Origin: Squalus acanthias
Taxonomy: Eukaryota
Length of the DNA: 64,000 nucleotides
Direction of reading: 5' to 3'
NCBI GenBank assembly: GCA_030390025.1
Contig: CM059432.1
Coordinates: 27,096,001-27,160,000 of the forward strand
In this document: positions 36,584 to 49,200 of the stretch, piece by piece
Position numbering within the stretch: the first letter of the stretch is position 1
Layout of the letters: every line of letters begins with the position of its first letter
Notes under the pieces: model-generated
Seen by the model: only the letters and a program-made list of their open reading frames with translations
The model's database searches: none
Told to the model about the DNA's origin: nothing
Made by a program: the position numbers and the translations under genes

Positions 36584-36729
36584 GTAAGGTACGTGGTATT
36601 GTTATGAGAGCGTGAATGTGGTTGTTCAAAGTCTGTTCATTTTTGTAATGTATTATCACATGGTTTGTCACATGGTTTGTCATATGGTTTAGTATGAGCA
36701 TGTTCAGCTCGCTCTGGCCTAGTAAACAA

Positions 36730-36836
36730 ACAATAATAAAAACAGAAAATGTTGGAAATACTCAGCAGGTCAGGCAGCATCTGTGGCGAGAGAAACAGAG
36801 TTAATGTTTCAGGTCGATGACCCTTCATCAGAACTG
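36730..36836 (-). mobile_element. Penelope-derived hammerhead element in the Gypsy 5' LTR
   Basis: TSD GTAAACAA (36722-36729 / 36837-36844). Minus-strand AGTTCTGATGAAGGGTCATCGACCTGAAACATTAACT. Confidence 0.85.
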
Positions 36837-36851
36837 GTAAACAAGCACCTT

Positions 36852-38326
36852 ATCATAGAATCATAGAATCATAGAATTGTTACAGCACAGAAGGACACCA
36901 TTTGGCCCGTCAAGCCCGAGCCGGCTCTCTGCAAGAGCACTTCAGCTAGTCCCACTCCGGGCCCTTTCTCCGTAGTCCTGCAATTTTTTTTCCTTCAGGT
37001 ACTTATCCAATTCCCTTTTGAAAGTAACGATTGAGTCTGCCTCCACCACCCTTTCAGGCAGTGCATTCCAAATCCTAACCACTTGCAGCGTAAAAAAGTT
37101 TTTCCTCATGTCGCCTTTGGTTCTTCTGCCAATCACCTTAAATCTGTGTCCTCTGGTTCGCGACCTTTCCGCCAATAGGAACAGTTTCTCTCTACCGACT
37201 CTGTCCAGACCCCTCATGATTTTGAACTCCTCTATCAAATCTCCTCTCAATCTTCTCTGCTCTAAGGAGAACAACTCCAGATTCTCCAGTCTATCCATGT
37301 AACTGATGTCCCTCATCCCTGGAATTATTCTCGTAAATCTTTTCTGCACCCTCTCTAAGGCCTTCACATCCTTCCTAAAGTGCGATGCCCAGAATTGGAC
37401 ACAATACTCCAATTGAGGCCGAATCAGTGTTTTATACAGGTTCATCATAACTTCCACGTTTTTGTACCCTATACCTCTATTCATGAAGCCCAGGATCCCA
37501 TAACCTTTTTTAACCACTTTCTCAACCTGCCCTGTCACCTTCAATGATTTGTGTACATATACCCCTAGGAATCTCTGTCATGCACCCCCTTTAGGATTGT
37601 ACCCTTTAGTTTATATTTCCTCTCCTCATTCTTTCTACCAAAATGTATCACTTCACACTTTTCTGCGTTAAATTTCATCTGCCACGTGTCCACCTATTCT
37701 ACCAGCCTGTCTATGTCCTCTTCAAGTCTATCACTATCCTCCTCACTGTTCACTATACTTCCAAATTTTGTGTCATCTGCAAATTTTGAAATTGTGCCCT
37801 GTACACCCACATCCAAGTCATTAATATATATCAAGAAAAGCAGTGGTCCTAGAACCGACCCCTGGGGAACACCACTGTATACCTTCCTCCAGTCCGAAAA
37901 ACAACCGTTCATCACTACTCTCTCTTTCTTATCATTTAGCCAATTTCGGATCCATGCTGCTACTGTCCCTTTTATTCTATGGCTTCAACTTTGCTGGTAT
38001 TATGTGGCACTTTGCCGAACGCCGTTTGGAAATCCATGTACACCACATCAACCGTATTGCCCTCATCAACCCTCTCTGTTATCTCATCAAAAAACTCAAT
38101 CAAGTTGGTTAAACATGATTTGCCTTTAACAAATCTGTGCTGGCTTTCCTTAATTAATCCACACTTGTCCAAGCGACTGTTAAATTTGTCCCTGATTATT
38201 GTTTGTAAAAGCTTCCCCACTACCGAGGTTAAACTGACTGGCCTGTAGTTGCTGGGTTTATCTTTGCACCTTTTTTGAACAAAGGTGTAACATTTGCAAT
38301 TCCCCAGTCCTCTGGCACCACCCCTG
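36852..38326 (-). mobile_element. CR1 LINE, 3' 1.5 kb, in the Gypsy 5' LTR
   Basis: Minus-strand ORFs 36942-37544, 37694-37915 and 37972-38439 ([25 protein letters not shown]). (TTCTATGA)n tail; ACCTT on both flanks. Confidence 0.93.
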
Positions 38327-38346
38327 ACCTTGACTAGCAACTCATT

Positions 38347-39089
38347 GGCCCAAAAATTAGTGCCTCTACGCGAGAGTACGCACTGTGTACTCTCGCGTAT
38401 TCTGTCTCCAACTGCCGGTTTTCTGCATGCACTGCGCATGCGCTGAAAACCGGCACTTGGTGATTTCGAAAGGGGGCGGTTCCGAGGTGAACTGCGTGCG
38501 CGCTACAGGCTGCGCGCACGCAGTGCACTTAGTGCTTTGAACGCGCAGGTAAGCATGGAAGATTTTGCACATAAAGAAAGGAGGCGTAAGACCCTCTTTT
38601 AACAAGGTAAGTAGTTAATTAAGTATTATTTTGAATTTTTTTCAACAGGTATATCTTTTTTAGAGACTTTAAAGAAAGGTAAGTTTATTTTTATAACTTT
38701 TTAAAAGATTTAAAAAATTTTCAAAAATTTAATTTTTTGTTTAAAGTGGTTAATTTATTTAACTATACTTATTTTATTAATGTGTAGGTTTTTTTTTAAA
38801 TTTAATTGAGGTTTAGCTGTTCTTTTGGGGGGGTATAGATTCATAGCTTTCACAGCACTTGATGTGAAAACTATGAATGAAAGATGGTGTGCTGCCATTG
38901 GCTCTAACTGATACACGTGATCCCACAGCTCGCACGAATTAACTGCGCCTGTGGGATACGCAAGCACTGCCCAGCTGCTGTCTAGTAAATCAAGTTCGTG
39001 CGAGCTCGGAATAAAAAAGCCGGCGCGCAGTGAGATATCGCGGGGAAGCCTTACCCTCGCACGAAGGCTCCCTCACTAATTTTTGGGCC
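38347..39089. mobile_element. 743-bp Harbinger-type MITE
   Basis: Perfect 16-bp TIR GGCCCAAAAATTAGTG / CACTAATTTTTGGGCC and 3-bp TSD ATT; CpG-rich ends. Confidence 0.88.
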
Positions 39090-39881
39090 ATTGTGTCTCT
39101 GTCCTTCATTTGTTCTACCCACATATATTACATTTTTTGTGACGAGAATGGGATCCCAAAGCCATTTTTAGGGATCATGGAAGGATACAGTGTCCAACCT
39201 TTGAGTGGAAATGTTTAAGGTGAGTTTGTGACACCTAAACTGAATTTTTTGCGATGTTTTACTGTTAATGCTGATGCAGAATTGTCTGTGCTTCGCCTTC
39301 GTGTGTCTGTATACACAGCGTTGATTCTCACAGGTACACAGGTCACTGTTCAATGGGATCGGGACAATCATGGCCGCACCTACGAGACTTATCAGAAGCC
39401 TCAGCATGTATGACCGAGCTCGAGAAGCATTCAGTTCTTACATTGAGCGGTTAGAGATGTTTTTTAAGGCCAATAACATTATTGAGACCGAAGGTGCAGA
39501 TGAGAATATTCAAGCTCAAAATAAAGTAATTTGGAAACGTAAAAAATCAATTTTTCTAACGGAGATTGGGCCAAATGTCTACGGAACGTTGACAAACCTA
39601 CTCACGCCAGGGAAAGCGAAGGATGTGTCGCTTGAAGACATTGTCGAGAAACGCGAGGACCATTTCAAACCAAAGCCATTAGAAATAGCAGAGAGCTATA
39701 AGTTTGGTACCAGATACCAAAAACAAAGTGAAACCATCAGTGAGTACATTGTAGCTCTTAAAAACTTGTCTTTGCATTGTAACTTTGGCACATTTTTGGA
39801 TCGTGTGTTGCGAGATAAGTTTGTACGTGGACTGGTAGATGAGCGCACACAGTCTCAGTTACTGAACACTCCGAACCTAAC

Positions 39882-40046
39882 ACGATAGCAAAATACTGCG
39901 GATGCTGGAAATCCGAAATAACAACAGAAAACGCTGGAAAAACTCAGCAGTTCTGACGAAAGGTCATCGACCTGAAACATTAACTCTCTTTCTCTCTCCA
40001 CGGATGTTGTCTGGCCTGCTGAGTTTTTCCAGCATTTTCTGTTGTT
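39882..40046. mobile_element. Fold-back Penelope-derived hammerhead element interrupting Gypsy gag
   Basis: 14-bp TSD ACTCCGAACCTAAC (39868-39881 / 40047-40060). Inverted ~32-bp arms flank AGTTCTGACGAAAGGTCATCGACCTGAAACATTAACT. Confidence 0.88.
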
Positions 40047-41976
40047 ACTCCGAACCTAACGTTTGACATAGCATGCATGATTACCCTATCTATGGAGATG
40101 GCGTCTAAGAATGCTAGGGAGCTCCGTCCAACTCAAGTGACGAGTGCAGCTGAGGTCTACAGTCACAAAGCCACCGCCAAACCTAAAGTTGTGAGACCAA
40201 GTCAAAAGCATGTCAGTGAAAGCAGTTCAGTGAATTGTTATCGCTGCAATGGAAATCACTCACCACAGTCCTGCCAATACAGAAATGTGAAATGTTTTCA
40301 CTGCCAGAAGGAAAGCCATATTTCAACAGCTTGCAGAGCTAGCTCGAAAGTAGGAAGTAAGAACCATTCTAATGGCAATGCAAAGCAGCGATAACAAAAG
40401 GGAGGAATTCACAATATTGAAGTGAACACACCTGCTGTTGAAGAATTAGGCATCTACAGTATCTATGCCACTAGCGGCAACGCCAGCAGTTGTGAGAAAG
40501 ACTTCCGTACAAAACTTTTAATCAATGACCAGTATATTGATATTCCTATCGACACGGCGACAGACTGCTCTATCATGAGTAAGGACACATATGAGAGTAA
40601 GTTTAATCAAATACCACTTACAAAGAGTACCGTAGAGTTAAAAACCTACTCCGGAGAAATCCTAGAGACATGTGGACAAATGGAATGTACAGTTCAGCAC
40701 AATGGCAGTTAGTAAAGCTGCCTATTATTGTAGCGAGCTACAACAACAGGCCAATGCTCATGGACAAAGACTGGTTGAGAAAGTTAAAAGTAGACTGGAA
40801 AAACATCTTCAGTGTAGATGCTTCAAAGAAGCGACTCAACACAATACTGAACAAGTATAAAAGCATGTTCTCAGACAGTTATAAGAGCATCTCGGGGTAT
40901 GATGCGCACATCTGCATCAAGTCCAACGCGAAGCCTGTCTATTGTAAGGCAAGGCCGGTCCCCTATGCATTGAAAAGTGGAGGAGAGCTAGAGAAACTGA
41001 GAGAGAACAGAGTGTTAGTAAAAACTGACACCTGATTGTGGTAGTGCCCAAAGCAGACACAACTGTACGCTTGTGTGGTGACTACAAAGTTACTATCAAC
41101 CAAGCAGTTGACGATGAGCAGTACCCGTTACCTACAGCGCAAGATTTGTATGCAGCACTCTCTGGGACAAAGTTTTTCTCTAAGCTTGACCTGTCGCACA
41201 CTTACGCTCAGCTGAATGTTGACAAAGAGAGTCAACAGTATCTCACTATCAACACACACAAGGGACTGTACTCCTACACCAGCTGCCGTATGGTGTAAAG
41301 TCCTCCCCCAAAATCTTCCAGACTACGATGGATAAGATTTTTCAAGGAGTTCCAAATAGCTTATGCAATCAAGGCGATGTGCTGATCGCAACAAGCAACG
41401 AGGAAGAAAATCTAGAAGTGTTAGATTTAGTGCTTCAAAGGTTGAATTCCAAATTGAAAAGGGGCAAATGTGCTTTTCTGCAGCCCGAGGTTATGTACCT
41501 TGGTCTGAAAGTTGATGCAAATGGCTTGCAACCAGTTAAGGAAAAGGTTGATGCTGTCATCAATGCTCCAAAGCCACAGAACATGTCTGAGTTAAGATAT
41601 TTCCTTGGAATGGTCCAGTACTACGCACATTTATTACTTGAGTTAGTGACCATATTAGCTCCATTGCACAAGCTCCTCAAGAAGGATGTCCAGTGGAAGA
41701 GGACAAAAGCGCAACAGGAAGCTTACGATGCTTTTAAGTCTCTCTAGCAATGCTCTACTTGTGCACTACGACACAGAGCGTGAGCTTAAGTTAGCGTATG
41801 ATGCTTCCAGCTACGGTGTGGGTGCTGTCATAAGCCACATAATGGATGACGGCCAAGAGAAACCAATCGCGTTCACAAACTACATGCGAATTGAAAAGGA
41901 AGCACTCACCATAGTGTTTAGAATCAAGAAATTCCAACAGTTCTTGATTGACAGAAAGTTTACCCTGATCACGGTG

Positions 41977-42400
41977 AACACGGTGGCATAGTGGTTAGCA
42001 CTGGTGCCTCACAGCGCCAGAGACCCGGGTTCGAATCTGACCTCGGGTGACTGTCTGTGTGGAGTTTGCACATTCTCCCCGTGTCTGCGTGGGTTTCCTC
42101 CGGGTGCTCCGGTTTCCTCCCACAGTCCAAAAATGTGTGGGTTAGGTTGATTTGGCTATGATAAATTGACCCTTAGTGTTAGGGGGGATTAAATATGTGG
42201 GGTTATGGGGATAGGATGGGATATGTTAGGGGGAATTAAATATGTGGGTTACGGGGGTAGGGTGGGATATGTGTACTGTGGGGATTAAAGCAGGGACAGG
42301 GTACTGGATTTGGATGATCAGCCATGATCATATTGAATGGCGGAGCAGGCTCGACGGGCCGAATGGCCTACTCCTGCTCCTAGATTCTATGTTTCTATGT
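41977..42400 (+). mobile_element. HE1-like V-SINE (tRNA head, V domain, CR1 tail)
   Basis: A box TGGCATAGTGG, B box GGTTCGAATC, V core GTGTGGAGTTTGCACATTCTCCCCGTGTCTGCGTGGGTTTCCTCCGGGTGCTCCGGTTTCCTCCCAC. The tail matches the CR1 3' UTR at 14100-14190. Confidence 0.92.
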
Positions 42401-42695
42401 ATCACAAACCGCTCCTAGCAATATTGGGGCCCAAATCTGCCATCCCTGCAATGGCCACATCAAGAATGTAATATTGGGCTGTGTAGTTGTCACAATATGA
42501 CTACACGATTGAATATCGCGCTTCAAAGCAAAATGCAATCGCAGATGCCTTGTCCAGGTTGCCACATGAAGACTCGTGTTGGGAGTGAAGGTAAGATTTT
42601 CACGCTAGGTGCAGTTGACAAAGACTTTCCCGTGAATGCAACTGAGATTACAGTTGAGACTCAAAAGGACTCAGTTCAGACTTCAGAAACTGAAG

Positions 42696-43897
42696 AGGTA
42701 ACAGAGAGAGTAGACAATGGTAATGCAGTAGATGTAATTTATCTAGATTTTCAAAAGGCCTTTGATAAGGTACCCCATAATAGAATAATGAATAAGGTCA
42801 GAGAATGTGGAGTCAGGGGACAAGTAGCAGAATGGATTGCTAGCTGGCTTCAAGACAGAAAGCAGAGAGTGGGATTAAAGGGTAGCTATTCACAGTGGTA
42901 GAAGGTGGGTAGTGGTGTTCCACAAGGATCAGTGCTGGGACCACTGCTGTTCACAATTTACATTAACGATTTAGACTTTGGAATCAAAAACACAATTTCT
43001 AAATTTGTGGATGATACCAAATTGGGGGGGATAGTCAATACTGAGGAGGACTGCAACAAATTACAGAAGGACATTAATAAACTTGCAGAATGGGCAAATA
43101 ATTGTCAAATGAAGTTCAACACAAACAAATGTGAGGTATTACATTTTGGTAGGAAGAGTAGGGAGGTCACTTATCACTTGGAGGGTGTGAGTCTAGGTGG
43201 GGTTGAGGAACAAAGGGATCTCGGAGTACAAATACACAAATCACTAAAAGTTGCGCCACAGGTTAGCAAGGCCATTAAAAATGCAAGCCAAGCACTAGGG
43301 TTTATTTCTAGAGGGATAGAATTGAAAAGTAGGGAAGTTATGCTAAACCTGTATCGAACCTTGGTTAGACCACACTTAGAGTACTGCGTGCAGTTCTGGT
43401 CGCCATATTATAAAAAGGATATAGAGGCACTGGAGAGGGTGCAGAGAAGATTTACAAGGATGATACCAGAAATGCGAGGGTATACATATCAGGAAAGGAT
43501 GAACAGGCTGGGTCTCTTTTCTCTTGAAAAAAGAAGGTTGACCTAATAGAGGTTTATAAAATTATGAAAGATTTTGATAGAGTGGATACAGAGAGAATGT
43601 TTCCACTTGTGGGGAAGAGGCCATCAATGTAAGATAGTCACCAAGAAATCCAATAGGGAATTCAGAAGAAACTTCTTTACCCAAAGAGTGGTGAGAATGT
43701 GGAACTCGCTACCACAGGGAGTGGTTGAAGCGAATAGTATAGATGCATTTAAGAACAAACATATGAAGGAGAAGGGAATAGAGGGTTATGCTGATAGATT
43801 TAGATGAGGAAAGATGGGAGGAGGCTCGAGTGGAGCAGAAACACTGGCATGGACTGGTTGGGCCGAATGGCCTGTTTCTGAGCCTTATATCCTATGT
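42696..43897 (+). mobile_element. 5'-truncated CR1 within the Gypsy element
   Basis: [32 protein letters not shown]. 9-bp TSD AAACTGAAG (42687-42695 / 43898-43906). Confidence 0.93.
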
Positions 43898-44808
43898 AAA
43901 CTGAAGTACCAGGTTCAAACAAATCTGAGATAGAAACAGGATCAACTTTGAGTTCGGATCCAGAACAAAACAGCCTGAGAATTGGTTCAACACCAAAACC
44001 TTTTGTAAGGATATCAGGAAGGCTCCGTAAACCTCTTATTAAACTGGATTTGTAGTTCTTTTGCAGCATTTGTAGTTGATTTAAAAGAAAAAAAGTCAGG
44101 AGTTTTTGTTCTGTGGTACATGTAATGCTGGGAAAGGTGGGACCATAGTTTTGTTGTATTTGAGAGGGGAATATGTACATTTTTTTTAAGGGGAAAGCAG
44201 TGTAATGTATTATCACATGGTTTGTCACATGGTTTAGCATAAGCATGCTCAGATCGCTCATGCCTAGTAAACAAGCACCTTGAGTGTCTCTGTCATTCAT
44301 TTATTGTACCCACATATATTACAATTTTAATTTAAGATTGTGCCCTCAAAATGTGAAAGATTTAAAGAAAACCTGTGTGCTTTCATAAAAGTGTTTGACT
44401 TTATACTTTTTAAGTTAAAGACCTGTAGTATGGATTTAATTTGACTGTAATTTACATTATACCACTGTGTTTTATATTATACACAAAGGGGGAAAATTTC
44501 AGTTGGTTAGCGCCTCCCGTTAGTGCCTCCGGGGGGCGCTAACGGGCCGCTAATGACTTACCGCCCGAGCGCGGCAGGTAGCGGGGGACGGTTTGCAGTC
44601 GGCTGGGAGCTGGGGAGCGGTATTTAAAGGCGTGCGCTTCCTGCTTTTTCCTGTCGGCAATCAATTGTGCATACGCAGGTTGAGAGAGGGAGGCGTCTGG
44701 AGAGATTTGACAGTTTCCTACGTGAAGGAGTTTTGGTCGTCAGCAAGGACTTTTCAGGTTCCCATTTCTGTAAGCTTTATTACAGTACTACCACATTTAG
44801 AAGATTTA

Positions 44809-45961
44809 ATGGGGGCTGTACTAACACGGGGCCTCGCCCTCCAGCTTCACCATCGGAGGCAGCGGAGGCAGAGACAGAGAGTGGAAAACGTGGCGAGAGG
44901 GAGGAGGGCCAACAGGGCTCTGCACAGGAGACCTTACCCTCCCAGGCTATTCCGGGAGCAATTCTCCTACATTCATCTGTCAGAGGAGCAGTGTTTTAGA
45001 AGGCTCCGCTTCAGCAAGGAGGTGGCCACTGAGCTCTGCCACCTCCTGCAGCCAGAGCTCCAACCTCAGCTCAGGACCAGGACATCTCTGTTGGTGGCAG
45101 TGAAGGTGATGGTGGCTCTCAATTTCAACACCAGCGGCTCCTTCGAGGCTTCAACAGGGGATATTGTGAACATCTTCCAGTTCGCTGTCCATTGCTACAT
45201 CCGGGAGGTCACAAATGCTCTCTACAAAAGGAGAAGGGACTACATCTCATTCCCAATGACCCGTGACAAATAGCGTGAATGCACATGTGGCTTCGCTAGG
45301 ATCGCGGGCTTCCTCATGATTCAGGGCGCCATTGCACGTGGCATTGCAGGCACCTCATGAAAATGCAGAGGTTTTCCGCAACCGCAATGGCTTCCACTCT
45401 CTGAACGTCCAGTTGGTGTGCGACCACAGACAGCGCACCCTCGCCGTCTATGCCCTCTATCCTGGCAGCAGCCACGATGCTTTCATCCTGTGCCAGACTG
45501 GTGTCCCAGACTTCTTCCAACCACCACGTCAACCTCGTGGCTGGCTCCTCGGGGACAAGGGTTATCCACTCTGCACCTGGCTGATGACACCGCTCCGTAA
45601 TCCCAGCACTCCTGCTGAGCTCACATACAATGAGAGCCATAGCGCCACTAGGAACCTCATTGAACAGACGATCGGTGTGCTGAAGCAACGGTTCCAGTGT
45701 CTTGACCACTCTGCAGGAGCCCTGCAGTACTCCCCCGAGCGAGTATCGCTTATCATTGTTGTGTGCTGCATGCTTCACAACCTCGCAATTATGAGGAATC
45801 AGCCATTGCCACCAGGGATTGGTGCACCACCTCAGGAGGAGGAAGAGGGAGAGGAGGAGGGAGAGGAGGAGGAGGATGAGCAGCACCAATGTGGGAGGGA
45901 GGCGCTCAATGTTGCTTCTGCAAGGGCCGTTCGTGAATGCCTGATAAGACACTGCTTCTGA
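44809..45961 (+). pseudogene. Harbinger (HARBI1-like) DDE transposase, disrupted
   Basis: MGAV...RRLRFSK...NRNGFHSLNVQLVCD...YPGSSHDAFIL...LLGDKGYPL...RNLIEQTIGVLKQRF...CCMLHN. Stop at 45271 and a frameshifting deletion in the GAID motif near 45330. Confidence 0.9.
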
Positions 45962-46268
45962 TGAATGACAGAGAAGATGGCTTCTGGGATGAACAAGCAC
46001 ATCATCGCAACTATCCCGCAGCCCCTATTGCCGGGCAAAGCTCCAATGAGTAACATGAGGAAATTTATTACGTTTCAATGAAAAAACTATTTTTCTGAAC
46101 AACTGTGTCGTATTAAGCACAACCAATAACAAACAAACACAACAATTCATTAAGAAACAAAATGGGTTCTTACCACATTGAAATAAGTCTTAACAGAGTG
46201 AACAATATATTTACATAAACATCCAACTTTGGGACAAACATTCCCCCCATTTGTTTGAGAATTTTTAG

Positions 46269-49200
46269 TTATTTGCCCTTCGAGAATGATCTCCCTCCCT
46301 TTCGCACTTCCCCCCTTCCCACCCTACTGCTCCTCCGTAATGTGGCCACAGTGGCTGCAGCAAGGCTGGCGGAAGGCTGCTGAATCTCGGATCCAGAGAC
46401 TGCAGATGGCCTTGAAGGACGCCCTCGACCAGCTCTGGGCCTGGAGGGCCCGGTTGCAGACTGCACCAACTCTGCATGGGCGGCAGCAGTCTGGGCTGGC
46501 TGCGTTGCAGGCAGTGGCAAGTGCAATGGGAGAGTGGCAGTGGTGGGAGCAGGAATGGTGTCATCCCGAGAGAGGACAGCACCTCCCTGCTCGACTGACA
46601 CACTGCCACTCCCCTGGGGCAGAACCTCAGCATCCGGAGCAATCTGCTCGAGCACAGATTGCTGGCCTGCTGCGGCACCGTCAGATCCCCGGTGGACTGT
46701 GGGCGACCCAGCGACGATGGCAGCAGTCAGCGCTTGCGTGGCATCAATCTGAGACTGCAGGAGAACACTCTGAGACTGGATGGTACCAACCAATGACTGG
46801 ATTCAGCACTAAGCTGTTGTGTTGCCTCGGCCTGTGCTGCAATAGATGCTGCCACCTGACCCATTACACGCGGCATGGGCTCTGGGTCCCCACGGTCTCT
46901 CTGCAATTCAACCATCCTTTGCAATGAGGCAAGAATGGGTTTGAGGGTTTGCGCACAGATGACAGCTGTGCTGGCAGCGGACTCCTCCACGCTCCTAGCC
47001 AGTGCACCGATGCTGTCGGGCACCCTTGCCATTGCAACCATGAGCTCATCGCCTGAGTATTCATCGCCTCGACATCGAGGTCATCATCCAAGTCCTGTGA
47101 GCAGAACTCGTGCGTGCACTCACCCTCCGGGGAGATGTTCCCCGAGTTTCCCTTCCCCCATGGCGTTGCTGCAGTCCGCTGGGTCCCGGAGCACCACCCA
47201 CATCAGATCCAAAGCCCCTGCTCCCCTCCAGTGAAAGCGTGGCTCAAGTGTCGGAAGTGTCGCCCTCGGGAGACGCAGGCGGAGAGGCTCCAGCTTGGTG
47301 TTCCTCCTCCTCTCCCGCGTCGCTGCCACTGGCAGGCTGAGGGACAGGCTGGTCAGCTGGCTCACTATCTGAAAGCAGGAAGGTACAAGAGTGGCTTTAA
47401 CGTGAGGGCAGGGGGGGCAGGAAGGGAGCAAGGACTGGAGACAGTATAGTTAGATGGAAAGTGGGAAAGGCTGGTGTTGTGAGGGGGAAGTGGTATGAGA
47501 GAGGAGAGAGAGATGATGAACATACCGTTGCTGTCCCCAAGGGGGTCGACCTCTCCAACTGCCACTGCGCCCACGTGTAGGCTTCGCAAAATTCCCCAGA
47601 AACTTGAACAGAACCCTAAAGGGGGTGATTTTTAGATTTTTATACGAATTTGGAATGATGAGACCTCAATGAAGGAATTTGAGGTCAAAACCTCAGTTTT
47701 GGACATTTTTAAGGATCAGGGAAGAAAAAACCTGAGGAAAATGACTTTGGAGAAATACTATACCTTTAAAAGGGCCATTGGGAAAACCTGCAGTCACAGA
47801 AACTCCACAGGCTGCAGGAAAGGGTGTGGTGAGGCAGTGGACAGCTTTTGGGTATTGGGGCCCAGTCAAGCTGTCTGGGAAATGTTTGCACTGCAATCCA
47901 ACCAGGGAGGAAGAGCCTCACCCAAAACCTCACATACATATCCAAAAATGAATAATCCAAGACCCCTTTTGAAATCCCCAGGCCCAAACATGATGCTAGA
48001 AGCCTGAAAACAATAAAACATCCAGTACACCCATCACCCCATCAAAAAAACAATCAGCCAAGTATCTACAGGGACAGATTGACAAGCCCGCCAAAAACCT
48101 AAGACACAAGGGGCGAGATTTGGCACGTAGATAAAGGCCCTGCCTTCATGGGAGACATCGGAAGCCATCAGGACAAATTAACACCAAGTTAAAATCAGCA
48201 AACTTAACGAGCCCGCCAAAACCTAAGACAATGGAATGAACAGGCCTCAACTGAAACCTAAATCACTTCAACGAGAAACCGATTTAGTAAAGGGGTTTTG
48301 GCGCGAAAAACACAATAGGCCTGAACGGTATAATTGAGGGCCTAATCCCCCAAGAAAGTTAGTTACAGCAAGTTCCAGCAAAACACAGCAAGATACTCAC
48401 TGCTACAGAGGGCCACATGACACGAGCAGGAGGAGAGAGAAGCAGCTAAGCCACGAGGCAGGCAGACCCGAGGCGAGATCGGAAGCAGGGACAGACAAGG
48501 CCAGGCAAGGGCTAGAACTGAGACCACGAGCTGGGAGCGAGTTGGCATCGCTCAACCCACGGTCCAGCTCCAGGAGGTACCGCCCCAACAGGCCTCCAAC
48601 GCGACAAGCCAGCAACAAGAGCCGCCAAGGGCTCCACGAGGTGAACCGACACTTGAAAGTACCGCGGAAACCAAGGCCCGCGCAGCAACCAACCACCAGG
48701 CAACTACGACCAAAAACCAGACCAACACCAGGAAAAACCGAGGACACGCAAGTTTCCACACTACAAACTATTCCTGACTTACCCCTGGGTAAGATTTTCC
48801 GTTAAAAAAACTCTAAACCCTACCTTATAAGGGAGAAAAATCGGGTACTTACCTGATAAAGTCCAATACGCACCTTACCGCATCTGCGGACAAACCCAAA
48901 CTGACCTGGAGTGCAGCTGGAGTCTTCTGCCACGTCTGGGGTACGGCAGGTCCCAACAATCAAAAACCTTAGTGAACCCCGAAATCGCGAAATACCTCAA
49001 CTGTCAAGAACTGTCATTGGTGAGCATTATCCTGATCCTTTGGAATTGAAACCTAGCTAGACAGTGGGATTGGGAGGGATAAGGGTTTTTGTATATTGTA
49101 ATTCTCCCTCGCCTGTACCGTGTGTTCCCCAACCTGTGTTTAAGCATTAAGTGTGTTTTAAGTTTGTTACCTTTTTGTTTAATAAAAGTCAAAATTCTTT

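Larger units (their letters stand above)
36644..44323 (+). mobile_element. Gypsy/Ty3 LTR retrotransposon with both LTRs, integrase deleted, multiply nested
   Basis: 5-bp TSD ATTTT (36639-36643 / 44324-44328). Split 5' LTR 36644-39132, 3' LTR 44201-44323 (TGTAAT...ATTACA). PBS-like TGTGACGAG at ~39138, PPT AAGGGGAAAGCAG. Gag from 39370 with two zinc knuckles, PR IDTAT, RT RLCGDYK/FSKLDLS, RNase H DASSYGVGAV. Confidence 0.93.

Noticed and set aside
41980..42050. tRNA gene (also ~24930, ~54930, ~60540)
   Set aside because: These are SINE heads that continue into SINE bodies and LINE-derived tails.
44809..45961. Domesticated HARBI1 host gene
   Set aside because: In-frame stop, deletion of the first catalytic Asp motif, and location inside a transposon with its Myb partner.
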